Assembly (NCBI GenBank): GCA_037071015.1
Contig: JBAMOY010000001.1
Location: 1,072,847-1,136,846 of the forward strand
From: Bacilli bacterium
GTDB taxonomy: Bacteria > Bacillota_I > Bacilli_A > RF39 > UBA660
Length of the DNA stretch: 64,000 nucleotides
Direction of reading: 5' to 3'
Position 1 is the stretch's first letter. Each line of letters opens with the position of its first letter. The notes beneath the pieces were generated by a model. It saw only the letters and a list, made by a program, of their open reading frames with translations. It made no database searches and was not told where the DNA came from. This document shows, one piece after another, positions 39,572 through 52,227 of the stretch. The position numbers and the translations under genes were made by a program.

Positions 39572-42025
39572 TTATTCATAATCATTATTTTCTGTTTTAT
39601 CGTGAACAGTTTCTTCTTCTTTTTTTATAATTGCTACTGTACTAACTTTTTGCTCATTTTTCAAATTCATTAATTTAACTCCTTGAGCAACTCGTCCAGT
39701 TTTCGAAACTTGCTCAGAAGAAATTCTTATAATTATTCCACTATTAGTAACAATCATTAAATCTTCGTCACCTGATATTGTTTTAAATGCTACTATATTA
39801 CCATTTTTATCAGTTATGTTTAATGCTTTTACGCCTTTACTACCTCTATGTGTCATACGATATTCATCAATACTAGTTTTTTTACCATAGCCTTTTTCAG
39901 TAACAACTAATATTTCTTGATTACTTTCTCCTATTTCACAACCTACACAATATCCTTCTCCAACATCTATTCCTCTTACACCAGCTGCTGTTCTTCCCAT
40001 AACTCTAATTTCATTTTCATTAAATCTAATCATTCGGCCATTTGATGAAGCTATTAAAATTTCATTTTGACCATTTGTTTTTTTAACTGAAATTAATTCA
40101 TCATTTTCTTTTAATGTTATTGCAATCTTACCATTTACTCTGATGCTATCAAATTCGTTTATGCTAGTTCTTTTAATTAATCCGTTTTGTGTACAAAATA
40201 CAATAAATTGATTTTTATCAGTTTGACTAACTTTTAACATTGCTTTAACTATTTCATCTTTATCTAATGGCAATAAATTAACAATAGGAAGTCCCTTTGA
40301 TTGTCTACTAAATGATGGTATTTCATATCCTTTAACACGATATGCTTTACCTTTATTAGTAAAGAACATTAAATAGTCGTGTGTAGTTAACGAAACTATA
40401 TTTTCAACAAAATCTTCTTCATTAGTAGTCATACCTTTTATTCCTACTCCACCACGATTTTGTGTTTTATAAGTTTCACTAGTTATTCTTTTTATATAAC
40501 CTTTATTAGTCAAAGTTATAACAATATCTTCAACTGGAATTAAGGATTCGTCTTCAATATAATCAATAGCAGACATATCTATTATAGTTTTTCTTGGATT
40601 AGCATATTTTTCTTTTATCTCAATTAACTCATTTTTAATAACCTGTAATATTTTTTCCTCGCTAGATAATATATCTTTTAATGATTCTATTAATTTTAAT
40701 AAATTTTCTAACTCTTCTAGTATTTTTTCTTTCTCTAACCCTGTTAATTTTCTTAGTCTCATTTCTAGTATGGCTTCAGTTTGTATATCATCTAAAGAAA
40801 ATCTAGAACTTAATTGTTCTTTAGCAACTGCATCACTTTTTGCTTCTTTAATAATTTTAATAACTTCATCTATATTGTCTAAAGCTATTTTTAGACCATT
40901 TAAAATATGAGCTCTTTTTTGTGCCTTATCCAATTCAAATTGTGTTCTTCTATAAATAACTTCTTTTTGAAAATCTATATAATTGCTTATAACTTCTTTT
41001 AGGCCCATTATTTGTGGTTTTCCTTGATATAACATTAACATATTAATACCATAAGATGATTGTAGTTGTGTATGTTTATATAAATTATTTAATACGACAT
41101 TTGGGTTAGCATCTCTTTTTAATTCTATAACAATTTTCATACCATCTTTAAATGAAGTTTCTTCACGTAAGTCTGATATACCATCGATTATTTTGTCACG
41201 AACTAATTCTGCTATTCTCGTAATTAATGCGGAAGTATTAACTTGATAAGGGACTTCAGTAATTACTAATTCATACCGATCCTTTTTTTCATTAATATCT
41301 ACTTTTCCTCTAATTGAAATAGTTCCTTTTCCGGTTTCGTAAGCTTTCTTAATTCCACTATTTCCTAAAATACTACCACCAGTTGGAAAATCTGGACCTT
41401 TAATATATTCCATTAATCCTATCGTATCTATATCTTTATTATCTATATATGCAATACAACCATCAATGACTTCACCTAAATTATGTGGTGGAATATTAGT
41501 AGCCATTCCAACAGCAATTCCCATAGTGCCATTAACTAAAATATTAGGAAATCTTGATGGTAAAACTGATGGTTCTTTTCTAGAAGCATCAAAATTATCT
41601 TCGAAATCAACAGTATTTTTATTAATATCCCTTAATAATTCCATAGCGATTTTTGAAATTCTTGATTCTGTATAACGATAAGCTGCTGCTGTACTTCCAT
41701 CAATGGCTCCAAAATTTCCGTGTCCATCTATAAGTGTATGCCGGTAACTAAAATCCTGTGCCATTCTAACCATAGCATCATATACTGCAACATCACCATG
41801 TGGATGATAATTACCTATAACTGCACCAACAGTTTTAGCACATTTTACATAAGCTTTATCAGGAGTAAATCCAGATTCTAACATGGTGTATAATATTCTT
41901 CTATGAACCGGTTTTAATCCATCTCGTAAATCTGGTATTGCCCGGGAAATAATAACACTCATTGAATATTCAAGAAATGAATCTTGCATCTCTTTTACTA
42001 TATTACTATCTCTTAATTTATCCAT
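39572..42025 (-). CDS. gyrA: DNA gyrase subunit A
   Basis: 817 aa. Active-site Tyr region and C-terminal beta-pinwheel repeats. Confidence 0.95.
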   Translation of the reverse strand: MDKLRDSNIVKEMQDSFLEYSMSVIISRAIPDLRDGLKPVHRRILYTMLESGFTPDKAYVKCAKTVGAVIGNYHPHGDVAVYDAMVRMAQDFSYRHTLIDGHGNFGAIDGSTAAAYRYTESRISKIAMELLRDINKNTVDFEDNFDASRKEPSVLPSRFPNILVNGTMGIAVGMATNIPPHNLGEVIDGCIAYIDNKDIDTIGLMEYIKGPDFPTGGSILGNSGIKKAYETGKGTISIRGKVDINEKKDRYELVITEVPYQVNTSALITRIAELVRDKIIDGISDLREETSFKDGMKIVIELKRDANPNVVLNNLYKHTQLQSSYGINMLMLYQGKPQIMGLKEVISNYIDFQKEVIYRRTQFELDKAQKRAHILNGLKIALDNIDEVIKIIKEAKSDAVAKEQLSSRFSLDDIQTEAILEMRLRKLTGLEKEKILEELENLLKLIESLKDILSSEEKILQVIKNELIEIKEKYANPRKTIIDMSAIDYIEDESLIPVEDIVITLTNKGYIKRITSETYKTQNRGGVGIKGMTTNEEDFVENIVSLTTHDYLMFFTNKGKAYRVKGYEIPSFSRQSKGLPIVNLLPLDKDEIVKAMLKVSQTDKNQFIVFCTQNGLIKRTSINEFDSIRVNGKIAITLKENDELISVKKTNGQNEILIASSNGRMIRFNENEIRVMGRTAAGVRGIDVGEGYCVGCEIGESNQEILVVTEKGYGKKTSIDEYRMTHRGSKGVKALNITDKNGNIVAFKTISGDEDLMIVTNSGIIIRISSEQVSKTGRVAQGVKLMNLKNEQKVSTVAIIKKEEETVHDKTENNDYE

Positions 42026-42037
42026 ATTTTATCACCT

Positions 42038-45083
<3,046 letters not shown>

Positions 45084-45215
45084 AAAATCATCCTTTTTTT
45101 CATTTTTACACCTCATTTTTAGCTTTTTAGTATTTTGTGTATACCTATACCTATGAATATATTATATCATAATTTTAAACAAAAAAATATCTAAAATAGA
45201 TATTTGATACCATTT

Positions 45216-45662
45216 TTAGATATTTTTTCTTTGTCTTAATTTAGATTCTAACATTGTAGCTCGTAAAATTTGATTTTCTAATGATTTATAAGATATGTCT
45301 AAATCAACATTTATACCATTCTTAAAATATATTGAAGATATATTCTCCTTTTTAGAATATTTTTCAATATTATTTAAAGAAATCCAATAGCAATTATCAA
45401 ATCTTGGCGAACTTGTTGGAAAAAAAATAATTTCTCTACTTTCTTCTATAATTATTGGTGATTTATAATTAAATCCAACTAAGTTTTTAGTTCCTGCACA
45501 TCTTCCACTATAAGAGCTACCAAAAAATTTACAACTATGATCAATTATATCAGTAGTTGATTCATTAATTATAAAATTATTATTTTCTTCAATAACTTTA
45601 GAACATTTTTTTGAAATAGGAATGATTGCTAATGTTGCATCATTAATCTCATAAGTATCCAT
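45216..45662 (-). CDS. comK: ComK-family competence transcription factor homolog (short form)
   Basis: 148 aa. Segments match B. subtilis ComK: EINDATLAIIP/EVNGATIAVLP, IIDHSCKFFGSSYSGRCAGT/IVDRSCRFFGSSYAGRKAGT, IFFPTSSP/LFPTLSS, CYWIS/CGWIS, ISYKSLENQILRATMLESK/ISYNSFENQVYRTAWLRTK. Lacks about 45 C-terminal residues of ComK. Confidence 0.75.
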   Translation of the reverse strand: MDTYEINDATLAIIPISKKCSKVIEENNNFIINESTTDIIDHSCKFFGSSYSGRCAGTKNLVGFNYKSPIIIEESREIIFFPTSSPRFDNCYWISLNNIEKYSKKENISSIYFKNGINVDLDISYKSLENQILRATMLESKLRQRKNI

Positions 45663-45788
45663 TTTAACACCTCCTTCTATAAGATATTTATAACAATAAA
45701 TATCAAATTTCCTTTCTTATACTATTATTTTTAGTCGAATTTTATCTTTTTTTGTCGAAAATAATAAAAAAATAGCAAAAAATGCTAT

Positions 45789-46910
45789 TTAATAAGTTCT
45801 AATTGGCAATATTAATTGAATTAAACTATTATCTTCAATATTTTTTATAATAATAGGTTTTACTTCACCGTTAAATAATAATTCTATTTCTTCACTATTT
45901 ATTGCTTTTAAGGCATCCATCATATATTTAGAAGAAAAAGCTATTTTTAAATTTTCCTCTATTTCTTTAATTAAAGGTACTACTTCTTTTACATTTCCTA
46001 TTTCTGGGATATTTGATGACAAAATAACTTTATTATATTCACTTTCTAACTTTATTGTATTCTTTTCTATTTCATTGGTCAATAATGATGCTCTATCAAT
46101 TGCAGCATATAAATCGTTAAATTTAACTCTCATTGCGTATTTAAATTCATTTGGAATTAATTTCGATGTATCAGGATATGTACCATTTATAATTTTTGAC
46201 ATCATAATAATAGAATTAAATTTAAAAATGACTTTATTATTAAAAATATGTAATTCGATATTTTCTTCGTCATTATCTAATAATTTAATCAATTCATTTA
46301 TATTTCTTGTTGGAATGATAATATCAATTTCTTCATTATTATCATTTTTAATTTCAATTGTTTTTTTAGCTAAACGGTAAGAGTCTGTAGCAGTACAATT
46401 TAATATATTTTTATTAATTTTTATATTTATTCCCGTTAAAACAGGTCGAGATTCTTGTGTAGAAGTTGCAAAAACTGTTTGATTTATTATTGTCTTAAAA
46501 ATTTGTTGATTTATTATAATTGGATTTTTATTATCATTTAATTCTAAATCAGGAAAATCTTCTACTTTATTACAATTTAAATTAAATGAAGAATTATTAG
46601 TAGTTATAAATAATTTTTCATTCATAATACACTCTATATTTACTATTTCATTAGGTAACTTTCTAATAATATCATAAATATATCTACCAGAAACTACTAC
46701 TTGTCCACATTCCTCAATATCATCAATATCTTTTTTATCTATAAAAGTTTTGATAGCAATTTCATTATCCGTACTCAACAAGTATAAACCATTTTCTTCT
46801 AATTCAAATTTTATACAATTTAATATAGGAATAATATTTTTATTAGATATTCCTCTTATAACATAATTTAAATGTTCCATTATTATTTTTTGTTTTATTT
46901 TTAATTTCAT
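45789..46910 (-). CDS. dnaN: DNA polymerase III beta sliding clamp
   Basis: Start MKLKIKQKII with a GAAAAGGAG RBS. The track has 30 extra AT-rich codons overlapping the DnaA-box region. Confidence 0.9.
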   Translation of the reverse strand: MKLKIKQKIIMEHLNYVIRGISNKNIIPILNCIKFELEENGLYLLSTDNEIAIKTFIDKKDIDDIEECGQVVVSGRYIYDIIRKLPNEIVNIECIMNEKLFITTNNSSFNLNCNKVEDFPDLELNDNKNPIIINQQIFKTIINQTVFATSTQESRPVLTGINIKINKNILNCTATDSYRLAKKTIEIKNDNNEEIDIIIPTRNINELIKLLDNDEENIELHIFNNKVIFKFNSIIMMSKIINGTYPDTSKLIPNEFKYAMRVKFNDLYAAIDRASLLTNEIEKNTIKLESEYNKVILSSNIPEIGNVKEVVPLIKEIEENLKIAFSSKYMMDALKAINSEEIELLFNGEVKPIIIKNIEDNSLIQLILPIRTY

Positions 46911-47042
46911 ATTAATCTCCTTTTCTATATTTTTATTATTATAGATGTTAATTGTGTGGAAAAAGTTAAAAATTATATAAAAATAATTGAAAATATACAT
47001 TTTTTATTGTGGAAAAAAGTGTGATAATAATATTTTTTTCCA
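46911..47042. other. oriC part II: DnaA boxes and AT-rich region between dnaA and dnaN
   Basis: TGTGGAAAA (= TTTTCCACA) at 46965-46973 and 47009-47017, TTTTCCACT at 47035-47043, set in an AT-rich tract. Confidence 0.6.
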
Positions 47043-48398
47043 CTATTTTATTTTAGCAATTAATTTATCCACTTCATTTTTAAATTCTTCATTAGTATTT
47101 ATTTCGTGAGTTATTTTATCTACAGAGTGCATAACTGTCGTATGATCCTTTCCACCAAATTCAATGCCTATTTTAGGTAAAGATTCTTTTAAATACACTC
47201 GGCAAATATACATTGCAATTTGTCTTGGTAAAGAAATCTTTGAAACTCTTCTTTTACTTTTTAAGTCATCAACAGTTATATTATAATTAATAGCAATTAT
47301 TTGTTGAACTTGCTCAATTTTATTTTTTGAAATAATACTTTTTGTGAAATAATCCTTTAAAGCTTCAACAGCTAAATTTAAAGTAATTTCCGAACCATTC
47401 ATCATAGTAGCATAAGCAAATACTCTAGTGATAGCACCTTCTAACTTTCTAATATCATTTGTGCAATTACTAGCTATAAATTCTTTAACATCTTGTGGAA
47501 ATTTATCTCCTAAAACATTTCCTTCTATTTTTTTATTTATTATATTAATTCTTAACTCAAAATCAGGTGGTAAAATATCAATAGTTAATCCCCAATTAAA
47601 ACGTGTTTGAAGTCTTTCTTCTAATTTATTTAAATCATCAGGTGACCGGTCGGATGAAATAATAATCTGTTTATTATTGTTATATAATTCATTGAAAGTA
47701 TTAAAAAATTCTTGTTGTGCACTATTAGCAATTTGTAAGTATTGAATATCATCGATCATTAATACATCAATATTTCGATATTTATTTTTAAAATTTCTTA
47801 CTTCATCTATATTATCATTATCTTTATTTCGACGATATAATTCAATAAAATCATTAACAAATTGTTCGCTAGTAACATAAAGGACATTTTTTTTACTATT
47901 TTTAACTATATAATTTCCAATTGCATGCATTAAATGAGTTTTACCTAGCCCACTACTACTGTATAAAAATAGTGGATTATACATAACTCCTGGTTTTTCT
48001 GCTACTGCTAAAGCTGTGGCTCTTGCAAATTTATTACTTTCTCCAACAATGAAATTATCAAATGTATAAAGACTATTTAAATTTGAATTAAACATATAAT
48101 TATTAGGAACCCCTAAAATATTTGTATCAATTTCAATATTTTTTTCTATTTCATCATTTGTATAATATTCAAATTTAAAATTAGAACCTGTAATTTCTGT
48201 AAAAATTTCTTCAATAATTTCATTATAGTTTTCTTTTAAATGTTTTTTATGTACATGCATTGGAACTTCTACTTTAGCACAATTATCTGTTAATTCAAAT
48301 AATTTCGTATCTATAAACCATGCTTCATATAACATTGGAGCAATATTTTCTTTTATTTTATTTAAAAATTTTTCCCATATTGTATTTAAATCCACCAT
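47043..48398 (-). CDS. dnaA: chromosomal replication initiator DnaA
   Basis: 451 aa. GLGKTHLMHAIG Walker A, AAA+ fold, C-terminal DNA-binding domain. GGGGGTGA RBS. Confidence 0.95.
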   Translation of the reverse strand: MVDLNTIWEKFLNKIKENIAPMLYEAWFIDTKLFELTDNCAKVEVPMHVHKKHLKENYNEIIEEIFTEITGSNFKFEYYTNDEIEKNIEIDTNILGVPNNYMFNSNLNSLYTFDNFIVGESNKFARATALAVAEKPGVMYNPLFLYSSSGLGKTHLMHAIGNYIVKNSKKNVLYVTSEQFVNDFIELYRRNKDNDNIDEVRNFKNKYRNIDVLMIDDIQYLQIANSAQQEFFNTFNELYNNNKQIIISSDRSPDDLNKLEERLQTRFNWGLTIDILPPDFELRINIINKKIEGNVLGDKFPQDVKEFIASNCTNDIRKLEGAITRVFAYATMMNGSEITLNLAVEALKDYFTKSIISKNKIEQVQQIIAINYNITVDDLKSKRRVSKISLPRQIAMYICRVYLKESLPKIGIEFGGKDHTTVMHSVDKITHEINTNEEFKNEVDKLIAKIK

Positions 48399-48475
48399 TT
48401 CACCCCCAAATAAGCGATATTACAACAATATTCTACAATAAAAAGGTAAAAAATGCTAGAAAAAAGCTTAAAAAT

Positions 48476-48661
48476 GTGGAAAAAATAAATATTTGTTTTT
48501 TTCCACACATAAATTTTAATAAAAAATAAGAATATTTATAGTTTTCAACATAACTTGTGGAAAAAATTTTAAATATGTGAATTAAAATTTATTAATTATC
48601 CACAATTATTGTGGATAAACTAAAAAGTATATAAAAATAAAGATAAAATAATAGTGGAAAA
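48476..48661. other. oriC part I: DnaA-box cluster upstream of dnaA
   Basis: Boxes at 48476-48484, 48497-48505 and 48557-48565 (TTTTCCACA type). Perfect head-to-head pair TTATCCACAATTATTGTGGATAA at 48596-48619. AGTGGAAAA at 48653-48661. Confidence 0.75.
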
Positions 48662-48664
48662 TAT

Positions 48665-48693
48665 TTGACAAAAAATCTATTTATATATATAAT
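48665..48693 (+). promoter_or_regulatory. rpmH promoter
   Basis: Perfect consensus TTGACA-N17-TATAAT. GGAGGTG RBS at 48721. Confidence 0.65.
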
Positions 48694-48732
48694 GGATAAA
48701 GCAACAAAAAAATTAGTACAGGAGGTGTATTT

Positions 48733-48855
48733 ATGAAGAGAACATATCAACCGAATAATAGAAAAAGAAGTAAAAAACAAGGTTTCTTTGCAAGAATGAA
48801 AACAAAGATAATTGCTAATAGAAGAAAAAAAGGTCGTAAAGTTTTAGCACGATAA
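48733..48855 (+). CDS. rpmH: 50S ribosomal protein L34
   Basis: 40 aa [40 protein letters not shown]. Too short for the ORF track. Canonical position before rnpA. Confidence 0.85.
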   Translation: MKRTYQPNNRKRSKKQGFFARMKTKIIANRRKKGRKVLAR

Positions 48856-48856
48856 A

Positions 48857-48887
48857 GCACCACTGTATATTTTACAGTGGTGTTTAA
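48857..48887 (+). terminator. rpmH-rnpA intergenic stem-loop (attenuator)
   Basis: GCACCACUGUA-UAUUUUA-CAGUGGUG then UUUAAG. Confidence 0.4.
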
Positions 48888-48902
48888 GTAAGTGGTGATT
48901 AA

Positions 48903-49256
48903 ATGAAAAAAATAAACATTATAAAAAAAAATGATGATTTTAGTAGAATAATTCACAATTGTCCATATATTAAAAATGACTTATACGTCATATATATAGA
49001 TAAGAATAATAATTTGAATAATTACCAATTTGGAATATCAGTAAGTAAAAAAATAGGCAAAGCAGTTGTTAGAAATAAAATAAAAAGGCAAATAAAAAAT
49101 ATAATTGATAAATTTAACTATCAAAATAACTTTAATTGTATTATAATAGTTAAGAAAAATATTATTTCAAAAAATTATGCTGAAATGCGTGAAAAATTGC
49201 TATTTTTATTATCTAAAGAACAATTGATTGAAGGAGAAAAAAATGAAAAAAAATAA
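48903..49256 (+). CDS. rnpA: ribonuclease P protein component
   Basis: 117 aa. KAVVRNKIKRQIKN RNase P motif. Confidence 0.9.
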   Translation: MKKINIIKKNDDFSRIIHNCPYIKNDLYVIYIDKNNNLNNYQFGISVSKKIGKAVVRNKIKRQIKNIIDKFNYQNNFNCIIIVKKNIISKNYAEMREKLLFLLSKEQLIEGEKNEKK

Positions 49257-50169
49257 AACTTTAAAAATTTTTATAATATTATTTTTATTGATTAGTTTAA
49301 CTGGTTGTACTAAAATATTAAAAGATGATAAAGGAAAAGCAGTTACAAATAAGCTGACTGGTCAAAGCTTAACTGAAAATATTTTATGTCAACCAACAGA
49401 AAAAGAAACAATTAAAATATATGAGGATAATAAAATTGATTTGTCAAAGTTACCAAAATGTGAAAATTTAAAAGTTTTTAGTGGTAATTATGATGGTATA
49501 TGGACAACTATTTTTGTTAAACCATTAGCTTTTGTAATTGTTAAATTAGGAGTTCTGTTTAAAAGTTATGGATTAGCTATTATTTTGATAACATTAATAA
49601 TTCGATTAGTAATGTATCCTGTGACTAAAAATACCGCAATGCAATCTGAAAATATGAAAAAAGCAAAACCAGAGTTGGATTTTTTAGAAAAAAAATATAA
49701 AAATAAACAAGATTCTGATTCAATGATGTTAAAAAGTCAAGAAATGATGGCTATATATAAAAAATATAATATTAATCCTATGACAGGATGCTTATTTTCT
49801 TTTATTCAAATACCATTATTCTTTGCTTTCTATGAAGCTTTAAATAGATTGCCATCTGTATTTGAAGGGACATTCTTAGGATTCCAAATGGGTATGAGCC
49901 CACTTACAGGACTAACAACTGGTCATTATCAATATTTAATAATCATAATTCTTGTTATAATTGCTACATATTTGTCATTTAAGTTAAACGCTACTGCTTC
50001 TATGGGAAGTGAGCAAGAAAAGCAAATGAAAATGATGACTAATATGATGTTAATCTTTATAGCAATAGCCTCTTTTAGTATTTCAACAGGAATTGCTATT
50101 TACTGGATAACTAACAACATTTTTACTATTATTCAAAATTTAATAGTAAAAAGGAGGATACAAAAATGA
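49243..50169 (+). CDS. yidC: membrane protein insertase YidC/SpoIIIJ (lipoprotein form)
   Basis: Start MKKNKTLK with an AAGGAG RBS. Lipobox LTGC. 60-kDa-IMP core. Confidence 0.9.
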   Translation: MKKNKTLKIFIILFLLISLTGCTKILKDDKGKAVTNKLTGQSLTENILCQPTEKETIKIYEDNKIDLSKLPKCENLKVFSGNYDGIWTTIFVKPLAFVIVKLGVLFKSYGLAIILITLIIRLVMYPVTKNTAMQSENMKKAKPELDFLEKKYKNKQDSDSMMLKSQEMMAIYKKYNINPMTGCLFSFIQIPLFFAFYEALNRLPSVFEGTFLGFQMGMSPLTGLTTGHYQYLIIIILVIIATYLSFKLNATASMGSEQEKQMKMMTNMMLIFIAIASFSISTGIAIYWITNNIFTIIQNLIVKRRIQK

Positions 50170-50780
50170 TTGAAAAATATAAATATAATGGAAAAACATT
50201 AGAAGAAGCTTTAAATAATTGTTATGCTGATTTAAATTTATCAATTAATGATATTTACTATATTGAAAATCAAATTGAAGGAAAATTATTTAAATCAAAA
50301 AAAATTGAAATTGAAGTTATAAAAAAAGAATCTTTAATTGATTATTTAAAAAATTTTATCGAAACGATTGCAAAATATATGAATTTAAATATCAATTATG
50401 AAATTAAAGAGGTAGATAATTATTTCAATATACTATTAATATCTGATAATAATGCATTATTAATAGGTAAAGATGGTAAAAATTTGAATGCTATTCAAAT
50501 CGTATTAAGACAAGCCATTAAAAATTTAGGAAACTATAATATAAAAATTGCTATAGATGCATCAAATTACCGTGCTAAAAAAATAAATAATTTGGAAAGA
50601 GAAATTAAAAAGATTGCTAAAGAAGTATTAGCAACTAAAGTTGATGTTAAATTAGATCCTATGAATAGTTATGAAAGAAGAATTGTACATAAAATAGTAA
50701 ATGAGTTTAATAATTTGCAAACGGAAAGCATTGGGGAAAGCCCTGAACGTTATGTAACAATTAAATATATTGAAAAATAG
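50166..50780 (+). CDS. jag: Jag/KhpB RNA-binding protein (Jag_N, KH, R3H)
   Basis: 204 aa. R3H motif DPMNSYERRIVHKIV. Position after yidC. Confidence 0.85.
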   Translation: MIEKYKYNGKTLEEALNNCYADLNLSINDIYYIENQIEGKLFKSKKIEIEVIKKESLIDYLKNFIETIAKYMNLNINYEIKEVDNYFNILLISDNNALLIGKDGKNLNAIQIVLRQAIKNLGNYNIKIAIDASNYRAKKINNLEREIKKIAKEVLATKVDVKLDPMNSYERRIVHKIVNEFNNLQTESIGESPERYVTIKYIEK

Positions 50781-50852
50781 ACTTATGTCTATTTTTTATT
50801 TGACTATAAAGGTGTAGTAGGCTAAAATAAACATAAGAAAGAAGTGAAATAT

Positions 50853-52208
50853 ATGAATGATACAATTGCTGCTATTTCAACTGCCTTAGGAGTTGGGGCT
50901 ATATCAATAATTAGAATTAGTGGTAAAAAAGCTCTATATATTGTAAACAAAATTTTTAAGGGTAAAAATTTAATGAGTGTACCTACACATACTATTCATT
51001 ATGGACATATAATAGATAATGACAAAATAATTGATGAAGTTTTAGTATCAGTGATGAAAGCACCAAAATCTTTTACTGTTGAAGATATTGTTGAAATAAA
51101 TTGTCATGGAGGAATTGCCACCACTAATAAAATTTTAGAATTATTATTAATTAATGGTTGTCGTTTAGCAGAACCAGGTGAATTTACAAAGAGGGCTTTT
51201 TTAAATGGTCGTATAGATTTATTAGAAGCAGAAAGTGTTATGGATATTTTAAAAGCTAAAACTGAAAAAACAAGAGAAATTGGAATTAATCAGTTAAGTG
51301 GTCAAGTTTCAGAAATGATTAGAAATTTACGGCAAAAAATATTAGAAATATTAGCAAATATTGAAGTTAATATTGATTATCCAGAATATGAAGATATTGA
51401 AGAATTAACATTAAATATTATTAATCCAAAAATAATTGATATTGAAAAACAGATAAATAAAATTATTATTAATAGTTCTAATATAAAAATCTTAAAAGAA
51501 GGTATTAATGTTTCTATTATTGGCAAACCAAATGTAGGAAAAAGTAGTTTACTAAATTTATTATTAGAAGAAGAGAAAGCAATAGTAACTGATATAGAAG
51601 GGACCACAAGAGATATTGTGGAAGGCAGAGTAATTATTGACAATCTTATAATAAATTTTATTGATACAGCTGGTATTAGAGAAACGAATAATATAATTGA
51701 GAAAATAGGTGTTGATAAAAGTTTCGCTCAAATTGAAAAATCTGATTTGATTTTATTCGTTTTAAATAATAATGAAAAAATAAGTCAAGAAGAAATAAAT
51801 TTATATGAAAAAATTAAAGATAAAAATCATATTGTTATTATTAATAAAATGGATTTACCAAATAAATTAGAAAAAAACATCTTTGATAATGATACTATTA
51901 TTGATATGTGTACTAAAGACAATAAAGGTTTAGAAGAATTAAAAAAAGCGATAAAAAATATCTTTAATTTAGATAAAATTGAAACAAATGATATAACTTA
52001 TTTAACTAATGCTCGTAGTATTGCCATTTTAAAACAATGTTTACCATTAATTGAAAATATTAGAGTCGGAATCGAAAATAATTTACCTATAGACATTATT
52101 GAAATTGATATTAAAGAAATATGGAATAAATTAGGCTTAATTATAGGTGAAACATATGAAGATGAATTAATAAATCAATTATTTAGTCAATTTTGCTTAG
52201 GAAAATAA
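50853..52208 (+). CDS. mnmE: tRNA modification GTPase MnmE
   Basis: Start MNDTIAAISTA. GKPNVGKSSLLN G1 motif. C-terminal CxGK. Confidence 0.92.
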   Translation: MNDTIAAISTALGVGAISIIRISGKKALYIVNKIFKGKNLMSVPTHTIHYGHIIDNDKIIDEVLVSVMKAPKSFTVEDIVEINCHGGIATTNKILELLLINGCRLAEPGEFTKRAFLNGRIDLLEAESVMDILKAKTEKTREIGINQLSGQVSEMIRNLRQKILEILANIEVNIDYPEYEDIEELTLNIINPKIIDIEKQINKIIINSSNIKILKEGINVSIIGKPNVGKSSLLNLLLEEEKAIVTDIEGTTRDIVEGRVIIDNLIINFIDTAGIRETNNIIEKIGVDKSFAQIEKSDLILFVLNNNEKISQEEINLYEKIKDKNHIVIINKMDLPNKLEKNIFDNDTIIDMCTKDNKGLEELKKAIKNIFNLDKIETNDITYLTNARSIAILKQCLPLIENIRVGIENNLPIDIIEIDIKEIWNKLGLIIGETYEDELINQLFSQFCLGK

Positions 52209-52227
52209 AAAGAAAAAAGGGGATTTG

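Noticed and set aside
45216-45662. The 148-aa ORF as YaaA (S4-domain) or DUF721, the usual occupants between dnaN/recF/gyrB
   Set aside because: It is too long for YaaA and the sequence aligns block-by-block with ComK instead.
48320-48956. Small ORFs 48320-48529 (+), 48592-48780 (-), 48747-48956 (-)
   Set aside because: They fall in the DnaA-box/oriC region, the rpmH promoter and the antisense of rpmH. They are AT-rich reading-frame noise. The real rpmH (40 aa) is on the plus strand.
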